From Candidatus Hodarchaeota archaeon (GTDB lineage: Archaea > Asgardarchaeota > Heimdallarchaeia > Hodarchaeales > Hodarchaeaceae), in NCBI GenBank assembly GCA_016839785.1, contig JAEOTQ010000114.1, forward strand, positions 1 to 52,303: DNA of 52,303 bases. Direction: 5' to 3'. Each line of letters begins with the position of its first letter. Position 1 is the stretch's first letter. Both the position numbers and the translations under genes were made by a program. The notes below the pieces were generated by a model. That model was not told the origin of the DNA, searched no databases, and saw nothing but the letters and a program-made list of their open reading frames with translations. Below are positions 48,571 through 52,303 of this stretch, piece by piece.

Positions 48571-50775
48571 TCATTCTTCTTCTGAAAAATGTTCGTGATA
48601 AATTTCTGAATCGGAAGCTTGATACATAGCAATATATTCTTCTTTGAAGTCATTCAGTAAATGTTCGATACTAAATTCATCCATACGAATGTTTTTTGAA
48701 GAAACTTTCTTTTTAATGAGCAAAGACATACGTTTTCTTCTCAATTGCTCCTGTAGCTGTAATTCCTGTTTCCGAATCTCTTCTTTTACCGAAATATCAG
48801 TTAGGTATAGTTCATCGTAAACCCAAATTTCCAATACAGGAGTCACAGGATTTAGATCTCTAGCAGAATATTCACTCATAGTAAGTACAAGGCAAGGAAC
48901 ACAGTAGTCAGTAAAAACTTGTAGAGCTTGATCAGAAAATTTTGGGCGATCCTCTGGAATAATCACTCCGCGTATTCCAAAATCAATAAGCTTAAATGCT
49001 GTTTGCGCACCCCCGCCGCTAGGGTCTAACACTAGCACGATATCTCCCTCATGTAAACCATAATTGATGTTGGTATCCCGAATTGCCGAATCTGAAAATG
49101 ATTTTAGGGGTTTAAGAGGAAATTCATGACCTTGAACCCAAAAATTCTTGATTTCTTTTAATTTTTTTATCTCTAATCGATGTTTCTTAACCATCTGCTT
49201 AAATAATCTATTTTCCTCTTTTATTTGACCCACTTCTCTCTCGACAACATCTGTAACTTTCTTACGAGTTTGTTTCGAATTTCTTACTTTTGCCTTCTCA
49301 AGTGTATTATTAATTCTCTTTAATTCGAGAGAGTGCTCTCGTGATTGGTTACGCCAATATTTTACTTCTTGGTCAAGTTTGTCCATTTCCTCTGACATTG
49401 TTTCAAATTTGGCCTGCCACTGGATATTTTCATTTTTCAAAGAATTGATCAAATGTTTAAAATCAGTTTCTTTTATTTCAGTGACGAATGAGTCTTCTCT
49501 TCCATGTATTAAGGAAATGGCATTGGTTATACTATTGCCTGCAAGGACTAATCTCTGTATCTCAGAAAGAAAGGGGATAAGTGAAGGATTTGATTCCTCG
49601 ATTGCCCTCCTAACTTTTTGAAACTGAGGTTTGAGGAGGTTATACCCTTTTAAAGCTCCAAATAAGGCATCTCGTTCGTGGGAGTTCAAATGGCCATAAT
49701 TGACTGTTAAATCCGAATAATCATGTAAGTAATTTCTTTTTTGGGCTGCTGTAGCTAGTACAGAGGGAGTTAACAATTTAGCCCCTGTAATTTTCGCTAC
49801 TCGTTCGACCATGGCAGGCGCTGGAATAACATCTGCAGCAACACAGCTCACTTTTCCATATTGGGTAGAAATACGAATAATCTCGGAAATTCCACATTCT
49901 CGTTTAGAACCTAAATAAAGTACATTTCCACGATTACAATCCAGAATCGCAATTCCTGTTGTTGTCCCTGGATCTAAGCCCAGAATAACATTTTTCAGAG
50001 ATTTAGCTGAAGGTGCAATTGCAACATCAAGTGGTCTAAAATCCAAAGTTGACTTAGTGATCCTTTGAAGAATAACTCTGACTAAATCTGTATTAAGATG
50101 TTTAATCTTCATTTGAACGGAAGATATTAGTTCATTTTCTAATTGAATAAGATAAACACGTTTTTGTGGGTATTTAAATACATCCCACTTGAGATTCTGT
50201 TCCTTGAGGATCACTTCTACTTCTTTTGAGGCCTGTTGCACAGATGTACGACTGATACGTTCATATCGAGGTGCTGACCAACCCCCTTTTCCAGGAGATT
50301 TTTTTCTCGTTATTCGGATCTTGATTTCTTCTTCAAATGCCTCAATGATATGACCAACTCGTTTCAGACATAATCTAGCTGCTACCTCTGCAGCTTCCAT
50401 CGCTGATAATTTTTTTGAGTTATAGGAGAAACTTAAAGTTTTTCTGAGATTATGTTTTGTAATGAGATGTGGTAACTTTTCCATTCCAGTACGTGGATTA
50501 CCAGTTACTTGTACTAATAGTGAAGTTGGAGGTATTAGTTCGAGTAATCTAATTATTCCTTGTGCATTCGGGGCCAACTCAAATATATTGTCTATTGCAA
50601 TATAATCTGGTTTAATATCTGTAATTTTCTTCAACAATTGCCTTTTGTTAAGTTTAGTGTGTTTTTCGAGATGATCTTCATATATTACAACTAATGAATA
50701 CACCCGTGACGTCTTTTTCCCTCTTTCCTTAAATGCTAATACATCTATCCCGAATATAATCAACGGACTCTTCAT
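48571..50775 (-). CDS. DUF460-domain protein (RNase H-fold plus coiled coil)
   Basis: IAIDNIFEL, LVQVTG, GKGGWS..RY.R, LGLDPGTTTGIA, HERDAL. Confidence 0.88.
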   Translation of the reverse strand: MKSPLIIFGIDVLAFKERGKKTSRVYSLVVIYEDHLEKHTKLNKRQLLKKITDIKPDYIAIDNIFELAPNAQGIIRLLELIPPTSLLVQVTGNPRTGMEKLPHLITKHNLRKTLSFSYNSKKLSAMEAAEVAARLCLKRVGHIIEAFEEEIKIRITRKKSPGKGGWSAPRYERISRTSVQQASKEVEVILKEQNLKWDVFKYPQKRVYLIQLENELISSVQMKIKHLNTDLVRVILQRITKSTLDFRPLDVAIAPSAKSLKNVILGLDPGTTTGIAILDCNRGNVLYLGSKRECGISEIIRISTQYGKVSCVAADVIPAPAMVERVAKITGAKLLTPSVLATAAQKRNYLHDYSDLTVNYGHLNSHERDALFGALKGYNLLKPQFQKVRRAIEESNPSLIPFLSEIQRLVLAGNSITNAISLIHGREDSFVTEIKETDFKHLINSLKNENIQWQAKFETMSEEMDKLDQEVKYWRNQSREHSLELKRINNTLEKAKVRNSKQTRKKVTDVVEREVGQIKEENRLFKQMVKKHRLEIKKLKEIKNFWVQGHEFPLKPLKSFSDSAIRDTNINYGLHEGDIVLVLDPSGGGAQTAFKLIDFGIRGVIIPEDRPKFSDQALQVFTDYCVPCLVLTMSEYSARDLNPVTPVLEIWVYDELYLTDISVKEEIRKQELQLQEQLRRKRMSLLIKKKVSSKNIRMDEFSIEHLLNDFKEEYIAMYQASDSEIYHEHFSEEE

Positions 50776-50801
50776 AATCAGTATACCAATCTTCTATACT
50801 A

Positions 50802-51701
50802 TTAATCCAACATTTTAAGAATTTCAGATATCTCATAATGAATTTTAACCATGAACTTCTTCTCAAAGAAATTCATAATATTCTGACAATCTCGGGTTAG
50901 GATTTCTACTGCTCGAGGTTCATTTGTATCCAAATATTGAGGCCAGTCTATTAGGACTGGAAAATCATCTTCATTTAGACGAATATTATATTCACTTAAA
51001 TCGCCATGAATATATCCATGTTGGACGCACTTTTTCACTTCTTGCACAATGTTCTGGAAAAGAATGGCGATTTCTTCTTCACCCCCAAAATCACTCCTTT
51101 TTATTCGAAAGAGATCCTGTCCCAGAATAATTTCCATCATTATCAAGTGTCGATTCTGAGCTATCGGTTTTGGAACACTAACTCCGTTCGTATATAGGGC
51201 ATTTAAGGCATTATATTCTCTTTCAGCTGATAATCGACTTTGATATAACGGTGAAAGGTGCCTTTTCTCTGCAATAAAAGTTCTACTTCTTCTTGTTGCA
51301 CGAAAATCTAATTTGCCTAGTCTATGAATTTTAATAAGAAATTCTTCTCCATGATCATTCATACCAAGATGAACATTACTTTCCTTTCCAGCACCAATTT
51401 CAGGTCCTAGCTGAGCTAGCACATTCTTTTCGACTAAAGCTTTCAAGCCTAAAGCGTCATATCCTATGAATGTTAATGCTGCTCCTAAATAATGTTTTTG
51501 GGCAAGGTAGATTAATTTCATTTTTCTAAGTCGTTTTAATGTAATCTCGATTTTTTTTGTATTGTACTTTGTAAATCTAACAATCTCTTCAATAGGAACA
51601 AATTCATGTTTAGCCATAAGAATTTCAATTACTGACAGTAGTCGAAAATCTAATCTATTAAGTTCTAGAAATGACTTAGTAATTGATAAAGGGCTCATGA
51701 T
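50802..51701 (-). CDS. rio2: RIO2-type serine/threonine kinase (start 51701-51737)
   Basis: N-terminal wHTH (HEFVP...LTFIGYDAL), GAGKESNV, KIHRLG, AEREY, IHGDLSEYNI, IDWPQ. Confidence 0.93.
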   Translation of the reverse strand: MMSPLSITKSFLELNRLDFRLLSVIEILMAKHEFVPIEEIVRFTKYNTKKIEITLKRLRKMKLIYLAQKHYLGAALTFIGYDALGLKALVEKNVLAQLGPEIGAGKESNVHLGMNDHGEEFLIKIHRLGKLDFRATRRSRTFIAEKRHLSPLYQSRLSAEREYNALNALYTNGVSVPKPIAQNRHLIMMEIILGQDLFRIKRSDFGGEEEIAILFQNIVQEVKKCVQHGYIHGDLSEYNIRLNEDDFPVLIDWPQYLDTNEPRAVEILTRDCQNIMNFFEKKFMVKIHYEISEILKMLD

Positions 51702-52023
51702 AGTATCCATGTGTTTTTTGATGGTCAGAAAGTGCAACTGTCGTCATCAGTCATTTGAACAAGAATATACTTGCCCATTAGACCTCCGTAGACCGTCTTT
51801 GTCATCATAAGGGAAAATAATAACTTATTTTGTTACTATTATCCCCTCTAAACTTGATATTTCCTTGATTGGAAATTATTAATGTTTTTTCCTATACACA
51901 AACATAAGATAATTACGGTTATGAATATATACCAATAATAAATAGTAAGTAACAAGAAAAAGATGACGCATTGAACATTCACATGATGTGTAGGAAATAA
52001 AAACCAGCAATACCTTCTTATTT

Positions 52024-52303
52024 ATGATCATACTTGTAGTATTAACGATCGGTCTACCAGAAATTTATGAAGAACATATAACCACTGATATTAAAGTCGA
52101 TTCACGATTCATTGTAGGATCCACTGAATCACTCCAAGAATCTAGAAATAAGAAAGAAGATTCTCCATTAGCTTTTAAGTTATTGGTTTATAATGTCCAA
52201 GATAGTGGTCCTGACGGTCGATGGTTACAGGTAGCAAAAGAGGAGAATGCTGATTTAATTATTGCTGTTGAAACAGGCCTATGGGGCAGAGATAATGATA
52301 AAA
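52024..52303 (+). CDS. Partial exported endonuclease/exonuclease/phosphatase (EEP) family protein, runs off the window
   Basis: Not in the ORF track. Reads MIILVVLTIGL...FKLLVYNVQDSG...EENADLIIAVETG, matching the EEP N-terminal motifs. Confidence 0.6.
   Translation, partial: MIILVVLTIGLPEIYEEHITTDIKVDSRFIVGSTESLQESRNKKEDSPLAFKLLVYNVQDSGPDGRWLQVAKEENADLIIAVETGLWGRDNDK

Overview
Archaeal chromosome segment, most likely from an Asgard archaeon of the Heimdallarchaeia/Hodarchaeales type. The assignment rests on an L28e/Mak16 homologue, an EF-2 with eukaryote-type insertions ending in YYDKL, a roadblock protein, an EMC6-like protein, and eS26/eS30/Elf1. Most of the window is translation and RNA-processing housekeeping: metG, eS30, eL42, eS6, eS19, eS26, aIF2-gamma, aIF5B, EF-2, SRP19, RlmE, Trm1, RIO2, Lsm, RPA and four tRNAs (two with introns). 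The stand-out is a complete 13-gene bacterial-microcompartment (BMC) operon on the minus strand at 3301-14248. It encodes 2 BMC-H, 1 PduT-like BMC-T, 3 BMC-P, a PduS-like flavo-Fe-S protein, an acylating aldehyde dehydrogenase, DeoC, RpiB, acetate kinase and an unusual citrate synthase-PduL fusion, with four putative encapsulation peptides. This is a sugar-phosphate-utilisation (SPU)-type metabolosome embedded in archaeal context, although BMCs are generally regarded as bacterial organelles. All calls come from motif recognition by eye; no database searches were run.
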